NCBI GenBank assembly: GCA_965112155.1
Contig: OZ218102.1
From: Podarcis liolepis
Lineage: Eukaryota
Length of the DNA: 64,000 nucleotides
Reading direction: 5' to 3' (one strand)
The translations under genes were made by a program, and so were the position numbers. Positions 1 through 60,376 of the stretch are shown here, one piece after another. A model generated the notes under the pieces. The model saw nothing but the letters and a program-made list of their open reading frames with translations. It was not told where the DNA came from and did not search any database. Every line of letters starts with the position of its first letter. Position 1 is the stretch's first letter.

Positions 1-723
1 ATAAAGTGACTGAGATCATTGTGGACTCCATTCACCGTTTGTGTTCAGTTTGGTGCCTGCAGTAGACAATGAGCCATGTGCATATTAACATTACTATTTT
101 TGTTTTATTTTGTTTGCATAAAGGGAAGGAAAAGGATAATATTGTTGGGAGGCAACTATTGATTCATATTATGCAGCTTGCCTGTACTTTCTCCTCCACC
201 CCATTGTGTACATAAAGCATCACTGCCAGTGGTCTGTCCAGTTTTCTCTTGCAATAAAAGCTCCCAAAGCATCCTAGAGCTAATCTTTCTGTCCCGTAGC
301 TTTTGGCAGTTAAGGGCCAGGCTAGATGTGATATTAATTGCATAAATTACCATGCTTTACAAAATGTAAATGGCTGATACAGTAGGATTGGGGCAGTTAT
401 ATGTGATCCTGCTTTCAATGGTCCCTGTGAAAGTTTTGGGGCAGTCATGCTGCCTTGTTTTACATCAGCAAATGTCCTTTAACTTCCTGCTGTAACTTTT
501 CATGCCACAAAAGTTCCAGGTCCCCGCCCCCCCCTCCTGCCTTTGTTGTACAGTAGTGCAAGAGTGCCCCTCTTGGTCGCAATAATTCAAAAACATTGAG
601 TAAGCATTGCAGAGTAACTAATAAAGTGGAGTTATATGTGAGAGAATCTGGAATAAATCTGCTATTTATGCACCATTATTTATCAAGGACATGTTGCAGT
701 AGTCACTGACCTTGATTTTACAC

Positions 724-974
724 CAGGGTGCCGAAACTTTTTTCAAAGAGGGCCAGATTTGATGAAGTGAACATTGTTGTTGTTGAGCTTTTTTTTTTTT
801 ACAACTGTAAAAAAGTTCCTCAAGCTGGGTGCCCAAGTTGCTGAGCTTTTCTTAGGATTGAAGTTGTTGAGCTTTTTGGGGGATTTTACCCCAGGAAATA
901 AACTGCCACAGGGGCCGGATTAAACCGACCGGCCGGCTGGATTAGGCCCCCAAAATGGATTTTGGACGTGCCTG
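724..974. mobile_element. Non-autonomous hAT-type DNA transposon (MITE)
   Basis: CAGG...CCTG termini with imperfect TIRs; perfect 8-bp TSD TTTTACAC at 716-723 and 975-982. Confidence 0.8.
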
Positions 975-1577
975 TTTTACACCATCTGCTGTATTCATTC
1001 ATCTACCTGGTGAAAGCCTTTCTTGCACTATTTTAAGAGACACAAAAGTGTCATATTAAAGGACATGTTGGAAAATACAGATTGCTTTCTTGTCGTCGGT
1101 TTGTAATGAGCTTCACCAGCGTGTAAAATAGCAGACTGTGTGCTACTTTGCAGTTTAACATACATATCTTTATCTTGCTCATCGTTCATGATGGAAATTA
1201 TGCCTGGTACAGTGAAAGTCGATGGAGAAAAACTTTTGTCCCTTCCCTATACACCGTGTGTAGTTAAACTGGCATTCACTCCTGCAAGAGGCAGCAATGG
1301 CCACCAACCTGGATGGCTTTAAGAGAGAATAAGGAGGATCAGTCTCTCATTGGCTGCTAAGCATGATGGATGTGCTCCACTTCTTCTGTCAGAAGCAGTA
1401 TGTTTCTGAATCCCAGCTGCTGAGAACTGCAAATGAGAGAGCTGTTGTGCCCATGTCCCGCTTGTGGTTGACCTCTGAGAAAACAGGACGATGGCCTGAT
1501 CCAGCAGGCTCTTCTTATGTTCTTTTTGAGGTCACATTGGCACACTTGACTGTGGGTTACCCCACTTTATTCTCATA

Positions 1578-1944
1578 AGGTAAAGGACCCCTAGACAGCT
1601 AAGTCCAGTCAAAGGCGATTATGGGGTGTGGCGCTCATCTCACTTTCAGGCCAAGGGAGCCGGCATTTGTCCACAGACAGCTTTCCGGTCATGTGGCCAG
1701 CATGACTAAACTGCTTCTGGTGCAACGGAGCACTGTGATGGAAGCCACAGCACATGGAAATTCCATTTACCTTCCCTCCACAGCGGTACCTATTTATCTA
1801 CTTGCACTGGTGTGCTTTCGAACTGCTAGGTTGGCAGGAGCTGGGACAGAGCAATGGGAGCTCACTCCATTGCAAGGATTCGAACCACCGACCTTCTGAT
1901 CAGCAAGCCCAAGAGGCTCAGTGGTTTAGACCACAGTGCCACCC
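1578..1944 (-). mobile_element. Sauria (Squam1) SINE, antisense
   Basis: Reverse complement of the GGGTGGCGCTGTGG..GGTTCGAATCC head and CCTTTACC tail; TSD ATTCTCATA at 1569-1577 and 1945-1953. Confidence 0.9.
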
Positions 1945-2591
1945 ATTCTCATAGTAACCCTGGGATAGGCTTAGTTGAGTCAGTGACTAGCCTAAGTACG
2001 ACTGTGAACATTATGGCCATTCATGGGTGTGAGTTCAGGCTCCCAAACCAAAGTCCAACGTGCTAATCGCTGTATGGCCCTTTGCCAATTTACTAGTCCT
2101 TAACTCAGCTGCAATTTAGTGCTGCTCTTAGGAGTGGTGTAATATATCTTGGATCAGCACAGTTGCTGCATTTTTCAGGAAGCTGCCTTATGTTGAGTCA
2201 GACCACTGCTCTGTCTAGCATATTATTGTCTACACTAACTGGCAAAGGGTCTCTAGGGATTCAGGTAGGGAACATTCCTGGTCCTACCTGGACATGCTGG
2301 AGACTGAATCTGGGGCCTTCTGCTTTCTGTATCACCTTCCCTGTTTTTTTGGACTGTCTGTGGACATGGCTATAGGGGCTGTCATGATGAGCTCCTGCAC
2401 TGCTAAATTGCCACTACACCACTGCTTCTGTCATCATTCAGGAGACATTCATTGGGCCAGCTGTTGTTACTGATAAAGTTGTATCTGCATGGTGAGAACT
2501 ATGGGAATAAAGCAGGTAGTGGCCCTGGTTTGGTAGTGGTGTCTAGGTACTCAAAATAGCATAGGTTGGAAATACTAATTGACATAATATT

Positions 2592-2950
2592 GGGTGGTGC
2601 TGTGGGCTAAACCACAGAGCCTAGGACTTGCTGATCAGAAGGTCATCAGTTCGAATCCCTGTGACGGGGTGAGCTCCCGTTGTTCGGTCCCTGCTCCTGC
2701 CAACCTAGCAGTTCGAAAGCACGTCAAAGTGCAAGTAGATTAATAGGTACCGCTTCGGCGGGAAGGTAAACGGCGTTTCCGTGCACTGCTCTGGTTTGCC
2801 AGAAGCGGCTTAGTCATGCTGGCCACATGACCCGGAAGCTGTACGCCGGCTCCCTCGGCCAATAAAGCGAGATGAGCGTCGCAACCCCAGAGTCGGTCAT
2901 GACTGGACCTAATGGTCAGGGGTCCCTTTACTTTTACCTTTACCTTTTAC
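2592..2950 (+). mobile_element. Sauria SINE, sense
   Basis: tRNA-like head with B box (gttcgaatccc), conserved core and (ACCTTT)n tail. Confidence 0.9.
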
Positions 2951-3063
2951 TGCACATTTCCATTGCTCAGTTGCTTGTGTCTTTCTATCTAGAGTATGCT
3001 TTGTTACATGCATTGTTGATTATCCTTAGGAATAAAGAACTGAAAACAACTGGAAATCAAGAG

Positions 3064-31838
<28,775 letters not shown>

Positions 31839-33141
31839 AGAAGATTTTTTTACAAATGTTTTCTGCCATGATATACACAATGAATGCCTCATTGTTTACA
31901 GACTAATGGAATTTAGTAGCTGTAAAACAGAGATAATTTATATAAACCAATGTGGAGATGTATAGAGAGACTATTTAATATAAGAATTGTTTATATTTAA
32001 GGTTTCATCTGAAAAGTTTTATATATCAGTAATTTGTGAGCTAATGTAATGCAGTAATCACCAATAAGATTACAATGTTATATAGCCTTTTTAAATGAAT
32101 ATGATACATGCTGTTTTCATAGTGCACAAATTATCAAGATTTTAAAGTGCTATTTTAGGAACTGCTGTGAAATTAAGTTTTTATGTCAGTGTGTTATTAA
32201 TACGTAGTCTGCACATGAAAGACCTTGAAAGTCCTTGCCTTATTATAAGGGACTACCCAAACTCCTGTTGGAATTTGGGCTGCAAATTAAAACCTTCTGA
32301 TCATAAGGATTCTGTCTAGGGAGTAATTTTCATTGCACTGAATGGGACTGACTTCTAAGTAAAAACTCTGAGGTTCTGAGTACTAATTGATTTAGGCTAC
32401 AATCCTAAAGTCCCATTGAATTATTTGGGGCTTACTTCTGAGTAGACATGGTTAGGCTTGCACTGTTAGTAGAGCAATCAACAAAGGTTTTAGTTGATTA
32501 ATTGATGTACATTTTAATTGTTGTGGGTGAATATAATTTGCTGGAGTTGGAAGGTAAGATCTTGGGAAGGGGAGAGGGGTTAGGCTGTTCTGGTTCTTAT
32601 GTATTACTATACTTGGAAATTAAAAATACTAAACAATGAGGACAGCTGTAGCTATAACACCCTGTTTCTTGGCCTTCATTAAAATACTAAGGTTGAGATG
32701 CGAGACTGGGACGTCCCTTATCAAAATCCGTCCCCTCTCCTGCACAGTCTCCCTTCACTCGTCCTCTGCAGACCTATGCCATGGTTAACAATTATATGAG
32801 AACCTCCTTTGTTAAACATGATTAATACTAACCAGAGTTTGCAGTTAATTCAAATTTAGAAATCATGAATTGGAAGCTGGCTTCATAAAGAGACCAGTGC
32901 TGATTGTAGGCCTTAATCATGGTTTTGACTGGTGAGAGAAGGATGAGGGGAATTTGCTGTGGAATCAGCCCTTCTCTAATCCCTTAAATTTGATCAAATA
33001 ATGAGACCCAATACATTTACAGTGGTCCCTGAGTGGTAGTTTTTGTGTACCAAAACTTCAGTATTTAAAAGACATCTGTATTAAGGTTAGTGTAGCATGC
33101 AGGTTCAGTTAAATTTAGGGAACAGTCAACAACCCTATACC

Positions 33142-33277
33142 CGGGGCTTTTTCTCAGCTGGAACTTCCTGGAACTTAGTTCCGGCCCCTCTCAGGTGGGC
33201 GCCATTGCCATTATAAGAGAACAAGGAATGAGTTAATGGTGAGTTCTGGCACCTCTTTTTCTAGAAAAATAGCACTG
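33142..33277. mobile_element. hAT-type MITE within the presumptive PLS1 3'UTR
   Basis: Imperfect TIRs (cggggctttttct / agaaaaatagcactg); 8-bp TSD CCTATACC at 33134-33141 and 33278-33285. Confidence 0.75.
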
Positions 33278-33711
33278 CCTATACCCTTTTTAACAATATG
33301 GGGAAGATAAGCTGATATAGAGTTATCATGGTGTAGTGGTGGTGTTTCTGCCATATCCTGCAGCTCCTTAGCCATTGCATCTTGATTATAGCATTGCACC
33401 CTTAGTCAGTTTGATTAGTAAAAAGTGTAGCTGGTTAAAGCAAATTTAAAAAATAAAATTGATTTGCAAACGTAGTATTGAAGATGGAACTTGCTGTTTA
33501 TTTAAATGAGTTGCATTGCAGGAGATTGTATTAGATGACTCTTGGGGTCCCTTCCAATTCTACAGTTCTATGATTCTATGTTTTAAAACTGAACATCCCC
33601 TCTTGTCAATATTGTTCTGTAGAAATGCTTGTAATATGAAACAACTTCAACATATTTTTTAAAGTAATTTGTTAAAGAAAAATTAACAATTGGTTGTGGT
33701 TTGTGGCATTG

Positions 33712-33717
33712 AATAAA
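33712..33717 (+). terminator. Candidate PLS1 polyadenylation signal
   Basis: AATAAA at the end of an AT-rich stretch about 1.9 kb after the PLS1 stop; not confirmed by transcript data. Confidence 0.45.
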
Positions 33718-34004
33718 ACTAAGCACAAGTATAACAAGGACAATAAGCAAAATGAAAATTATGTACGTAGTAAGGCTTTCAATGAGAAAATATCCAAGCT
33801 AAAATGTTATATCAAGAAGCAATAAAGAGAGATGACAGGTCCAGTTTGAGGCCTCTCTTTACATGTGATGAGCTTTCTTATAAATGTTTTTAATATGTGT
33901 GCACTTCCTATTGCTGATTTCTCATAGGAAAGTTATATATAGTTATATATAGTCTCCTTATTGCAGACTATATATTGGTAAAAAGATTCACATTTAGACT
34001 TCGG

Positions 34005-34850
34005 GCACATTCACACCATACATCTAAAGCACTATGATACCACTTTAAATAGTTATGGCTTCCCTCAAATAAATCTGCAAGCTGTAGTTTGTTAAGGGTG
34101 CTGAGAGATGTTAGGAGATGCTATAGAATAACTACAGTTCTCAGCACCCTTAACAAACTACAGTTCTCAAGATTCTTGGTGGGGCTGGAACAAGGACTGT
34201 TTAAAGTGGTATGATGCCATTTGAACTGTATGATGCTGATGCAACCAACAACTGATAAATCAGTTTAAGTCACTGATAAATATGTCATTGGGGGAAAGCC
34301 AGTTCAAGATAGGCCTAGAGTTGTTGGTTCAAAGTGTGGCTGGCTCTGTCATCCAAGAGGCAAAACCTTTGAGGCAATTTACTGTAGGCACATACCACAC
34401 TCCTGGATCATAAAGAATTGGTCATTCATATTCAAGGAGTGTAGGACTGTATCTGAACATTTAGCCATACAAACCAGTGTTAGCTTAATGCAGAGGAGCA
34501 TGTTATGATGGGTTGCATATGACAAATCTCCCATATCTTTAAAAGCCATATAGACAGCAAGGTATACGCTATAGTCTCCTGTAGAAGCCCTTAGTCTAGT
34601 GAGGCTGCATCAGCACCATATATTTTTAAAGCACTGTACCACTTTTAACAGTCATGTCTTCACCAAATAATCCTAGAAAACATAGTTAAGGGTGCTGACA
34701 GTTGTTAGGAAATTCCTGTTCCCATCACAGAGCCACAATTCACAGTGGTTTAACTCAATCCCTGTTCACAGTGAATTATGGGAATTGTAGCTCTGTGAGG
34801 GGAGTAGGGGTCTTATAACAACTCAGCACCCTTAACAAACTACAGTTCCC
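34005..34850. repeat. Two palindromic MITE-like repeats (about 34005-34242 and 34605-34850) between PLS1 and TRPC1
   Basis: Internal inverted repeats gttaagggtgctga / tcagcacccttaacaaactacagttc in both. Confidence 0.6.
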
Positions 34851-35689
34851 AGCCCCCAGTTTCCCTCTGCCTCTTCTTCTCCTTGTTGTCCAATACCAGC
34901 ATCCATTGAAAACTGATGGGATTTTCTCCTGTGGTCAACACGGAAGGAGAAGGCATCAGCAGCCATGGGCAAATAGCAAGGACAGACTGGAACAGCTTCC
35001 TCTAACTTAAAAACTGGGGGAAAGGGAGCATCCTACATTCTGTGCACAAGGTTCCAGGCTTAATCCTCAGCATTGCCAGTTGAGAGGACCACAGATAGAG
35101 GGGTCTGGAAAAAATCACATTGTGAATATGTGGAGCAGGAAAAAGGGAGGAAAGCTGAGAGACAAGTATCTCCTCACCCTTTTGGTGTTTTCTTGGGAGA
35201 AGGGATTCAAACCCAGGTCATCACAGCTCCCACACTGAACCAAATTTCACTGAGGTTCTTTTTCTAAAAAACCCATAGGCTGCAAAATGGCTTGGGCCAA
35301 CCCGGCAAGTTACTTCTGCTGCAGCACGGTGCCTGCTTCAATTGATAACAAGCTTCAAATGCCTGCACGTAAGCATGTTCAAGGTTAAGTTTCCATAAAA
35401 CAGAACCAGTGGGTCGAGCGTTGGACCTAGAAGGCCAGGGTTCGAATCCCCACTCAGGCAGGAAGCTCACTGGGTGACCTCGGACTACTCACCTAGCCTA
35501 ACCTCCCTCGCAGGATTGTTGCGAGGATGCAATGGGGGAGAACTCTTGTCTGCCACCTTGACCTTTTTGTAGAAGAAGGGGGATTGCATTGCGATGCGGT
35601 GCAATCAAATTTTAATGGCCTGCGGCAGTTCCTTTCAAAATACCTCCCAGTGACCTGAATTATAGCTGTATCTATGGTCTAAAATGCGG

Positions 35690-56297
<20,608 letters not shown>

Positions 56298-58848
56298 GAA
56301 TCAAGGTTTTAAATAAAATGCCTAAATTTAGACACCTTCATTGGAATATATTTATTTTCAGCCCAAATAATAAACGATGGAAATTTCTTCTTGTTACATT
56401 TTTAAAATGCCGTTGCATGTGATGCAGCCAAACTCAATTGTGAAGAAAGTAAATATTTTTTGTTCTTTTGAGGCTTTTTATTAAGTATACAAAATGTAAA
56501 ATTTGTACATAGTCTGCCAAATGCAAATGTAGAGTTTGTAATGTGTCATTAACAATTGGATCTCAGAATTTAGGCTGCATTCCTATCCCTTGGAGAAAGC
56601 ACCATTCAATTCAATAGGACTTACTTCTGAGTAGATAGACATGATTAAGATTATGATTTGTTTGCACACATTTGCATTTTTGAGAAGGAAACAGTAATTG
56701 AATCTCCATCCCCAAGACCAGTATAGGTTAGGCAGCACAAATAACTATATTTACAATATTAAAAGAATTGTTATCCTTTCAAGTAGAAGTATATATGTGA
56801 GGAAGATATTGGAATACTTTAAAAGAGCACATTTGTGAAAAGGCTATCAATAAAGATCATATAATACATTTTTAAAAGCTATGAAAAGCCATATCATTAT
56901 AACAATAATATTTGTCATTTTTGTACTCCACTCTACTGAATGATACCAAAGATATCACTTTGGAACTGGGCTGATGGTAATATTTTAGAAAATAGTTGAG
57001 TAAATTGCTGATAGATAATTCTAAGGTGTCATCTGTGTCCATACCTTTTGGATCTATTTAAATCAATTTGATTTCAAGTGAATTCCTAAATTCACACTTA
57101 CCGCACAGTACATGAAATACAGATTTTTCAATTGTGGGCCCCAGACTTGGTGTGGGCCCCAGACTTGGTGTTGGCGAAGCCAGGCAGGCACCTGCTGCCG
57201 CCACCTGTGCTGGACTGTAAGTGGCGTCTCCCAGCAGGTAAGCGGCCACTTTATTCCTAAATATACCTGTATAGATGTCCTACAGGTGACAACGAAATGC
57301 ATTCAAAGCTGGTCTTCCGAGATCACAGCATTAGCTGATCACAGCAGCCTTCCCCAACCTGTTTCCTTCCAGATGTTTTGAACCACAGCTCCCGACAGTC
57401 ATGCTGAAAGGTTGGGGAAAGCTGCAATAGGCAAGCACTCTTTGTTATAACACTGTTAATGAAATGACACCTTGCTGTCATGCTGAAGCATTTCTTAGAA
57501 TGGAAATTCTCTGCGTGTATAATCTACACCTACGCATAAGGATTGGGAGATTATGGCACCAGTTCTAGTTATCAGTGGGTTAAGGTAGATGCAGTGAATT
57601 TAAAACTCACTGATTTAATTGGAAGCATCCCAGATTTTAATGGGATTGGGTCCTGTGTGTTCATGGGAAATACTTTATGAAGATATTAATGGTTTTGTCC
57701 TTACACTTCCTGTTTTGAATGCATCTTGCTTTCGCATGTTATCACTTATTTATATAATAAGTATTGTAATTATCTGCTGTTTCATTCTACTTGAGGAAGA
57801 ATTAAGCTAGGGATTGTTAGTACGGAATACTGATGTTCTGTTTACTTGGAAAGGAAAACCTTCAATGCATTACATGAGACTTTCTTTTTTAATTGCGAGG
57901 TGATGGGCGCAATCCAGTGCTGTTAGGCTTGGTGCAGACATAATATTCTTTAAGAGACTGCAGACATAATGTTCTTTAAGAGACTGGTGCTTGTTCAGGT
58001 ACTTAACCTGAAAATGTGAGTGAAAAAAGTGTAGGGAGCACACACATCACCCCAACATCCCCATGTGTGCCACCCTCTTCGTTCAACCTGAACCCACATG
58101 GGCAAAGATGGTTGGAATAACCCTTAATCCTATGCCATGGTTAACACTTAGCACACCCATAGTAACAAAATGTTATTTCTGCACAGGGCATTGGTGTGCT
58201 TAAGTCTCATTGATGTCATGGGGTATAAATATAGTAGGAATTGCCGTTGTCTGACTTTATATTAGCTTGCAGAATTTAAGGGCGAAAGGTGCTGGTCTCC
58301 TTGTAGCGTAAATCGGGATGAATGAGGGAACAAGGTTTAAGTCAATATTCCTCCTATTTATTGTAATGATGTTTTTATGAAAAAAATAATATATTTTGTA
58401 TATTAAAAAGATATATGTGTGGCTTCATTAGAAAGAATGCAGATTACCTAAAGATTTTTTTTTAAATTGTATGTAGACTTCAATATAAATAATGACTCAA
58501 TCCAGTTTTATGAAAAAGCTGGTGGCTTAAGATATATGAATGCTTTGTGCCATATGTTATATCTTGTCTGTTGAAACACTACAGAAACAGAATAAATAAC
58601 TATTTTTTGTGGGGGGAGGCAAATGCTGACCTAATGGATAATCTAAGAATCTGTTCAGAAAAATTGTTGCCATTGATACCATATACAGAATATCACATGA
58701 AACTGTGTGCTTTGGAGATCTTAATTGTAAAATGCGGAACAAAAGCTACTTTTTTGTTACACTATTCCCCCCCCCTTCTTGTTTTTCTGCCTCTTTCATG
58801 CAGCCAGATTATAAACTGTGCTTCTGCTTTTTAAAAAGGCATTATAGA

Positions 58849-58854
58849 AATAAA
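58849..58854 (+). terminator. Candidate distal TRPC1 polyadenylation signal
   Basis: AATAAA followed by a GU/U-rich element (ctgtgttttcc); other AATAAA hexamers occur more proximally. Confidence 0.4.
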
Positions 58855-59878
58855 TGATAAAACCTGTGTTTTCCAGGTTCTTACAACTAATTTGAGGGGC
58901 CCTTTCCAGAGTGTTTATCTTGTGGTACTGTGGTTGTAACTATTTTTAAGGAGTAGTTACAAATGATTTGCTCTAGTCTTCTCTCATATGTTATGTTTCT
59001 GTTTTTTTAAAAAAAATCTTGCCATTATCATTCCACAAGCACACAGCATAAATAGCACAAAATAAGTGATGCAGGAAAAAACTCAGAAGAAAACCTGATG
59101 AGAATGTGTTTTGCTGCAGAATTTGGGATTTATACTGTATACAATGCAGAATCCAATAAGGTACGACAGTAGTTGATGGCTTTCTGCTGATGAGCCAGCG
59201 GATGTCTTTGGGGTAATCCTTCCAGACTTCATTGTGTTTCAAAGTGAATTTTCATTTCATATCATTATTGAATTGGATACTTCTGTATTAAGCTTTTTTA
59301 AAGAGTTGTTTCATTTCCTAATAAGCATTTTGACATTAAAGAATTGTTGCCTAAAAGCTCAGGTAATAAATTTGTTTCATTTGTATCTTGTCTTTTTCAT
59401 GGAGCTCAGGACATCATTTTTTCCTCTTGAAGTCCTTGTGAGGTGTGATTGGCTGAGATCATGTCTTGTACAAAGCTACACATGCCCAATTTAATGTCAT
59501 TTTAAATGGTAGTTAATGAATTGCTTTGAATGCATATTTTGCTCCTCCCTTACTCTTCCCCTAGCACACGTTTAAGCAACAAACAGTTGTTTTACTCAGA
59601 TTAGCAATCCTTATAAGTGAAGAGCAAACCTTGGCTTTAGAATGCAGTTCGTTTGGAAGCAAAATAAACTGCCGTGATGTGGGGATCATGGTTTGTTGCT
59701 CCTGCTCACACCAGGGGAAAAGTGAAGGAATGGTTTTGAGTCACAGTAAACCTTTAATAATGGTTTGCCACGATGTGCAAACACCTTTGTGCTGTGGACA
59801 TCATCATATCCAAGTGAATTTGAACCTGGAACTTCCATATCCAATCCCAACACTGAAGCCACTGAGTTTTTAGAAGTG

Positions 59879-59884
59879 TTTATT
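59879..59884 (-). terminator. Candidate PCOLCE2 polyadenylation signal
   Basis: TTTATT on the + strand (AATAAA on -) about 360 nt past the PCOLCE2 stop. Confidence 0.4.
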
Positions 59885-60245
59885 AAGTGTAGCTTATACT
59901 GCAAAGAAACAGGAAAACTAAGTTAAAATGAATTACTATAAATATTGCACTTCATCACATCAGTCATTTTTTTAAAAAAATCCTTCTGAGAAAAGTATAA
60001 ATTAAGAAATTCACGGTAGTGAAAATTTGGTATGGTACAGGCTGGCTGATGTTGCTGAAGGTTTTGAAAGATAAAATTGGCAATCATGGTATTTTTCTTT
60101 TGATTTTTGCAACATCAGTCTATGGGGAAAACAAGGTTGAAAAATTCCGGAAAGTACACTACGTTCCTGGAAAATCTCCTATTTTATTTGCATGAAGAGA
60201 GATTCTGGAGGATAGATGACAGGACTCAGCTGCAAAAATTCACAT

Positions 60246-60376
60246 TCAACACTGCTTGTTTTTCAAGATATTCAGGATCTTTTGGTTCTTCGTCTTGAAA
60301 CTCATTGTAAAACTGCTGGGCAGGATTTTACCTCTGCCATCTTCTTCTACCTGTCCCATAATGACGTAATTTAGAC
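60246..60376 (-). CDS. PCOLCE2: PCOLCE2 last coding exon
   Basis: [42 protein letters not shown](TGA). Confidence 0.95.
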
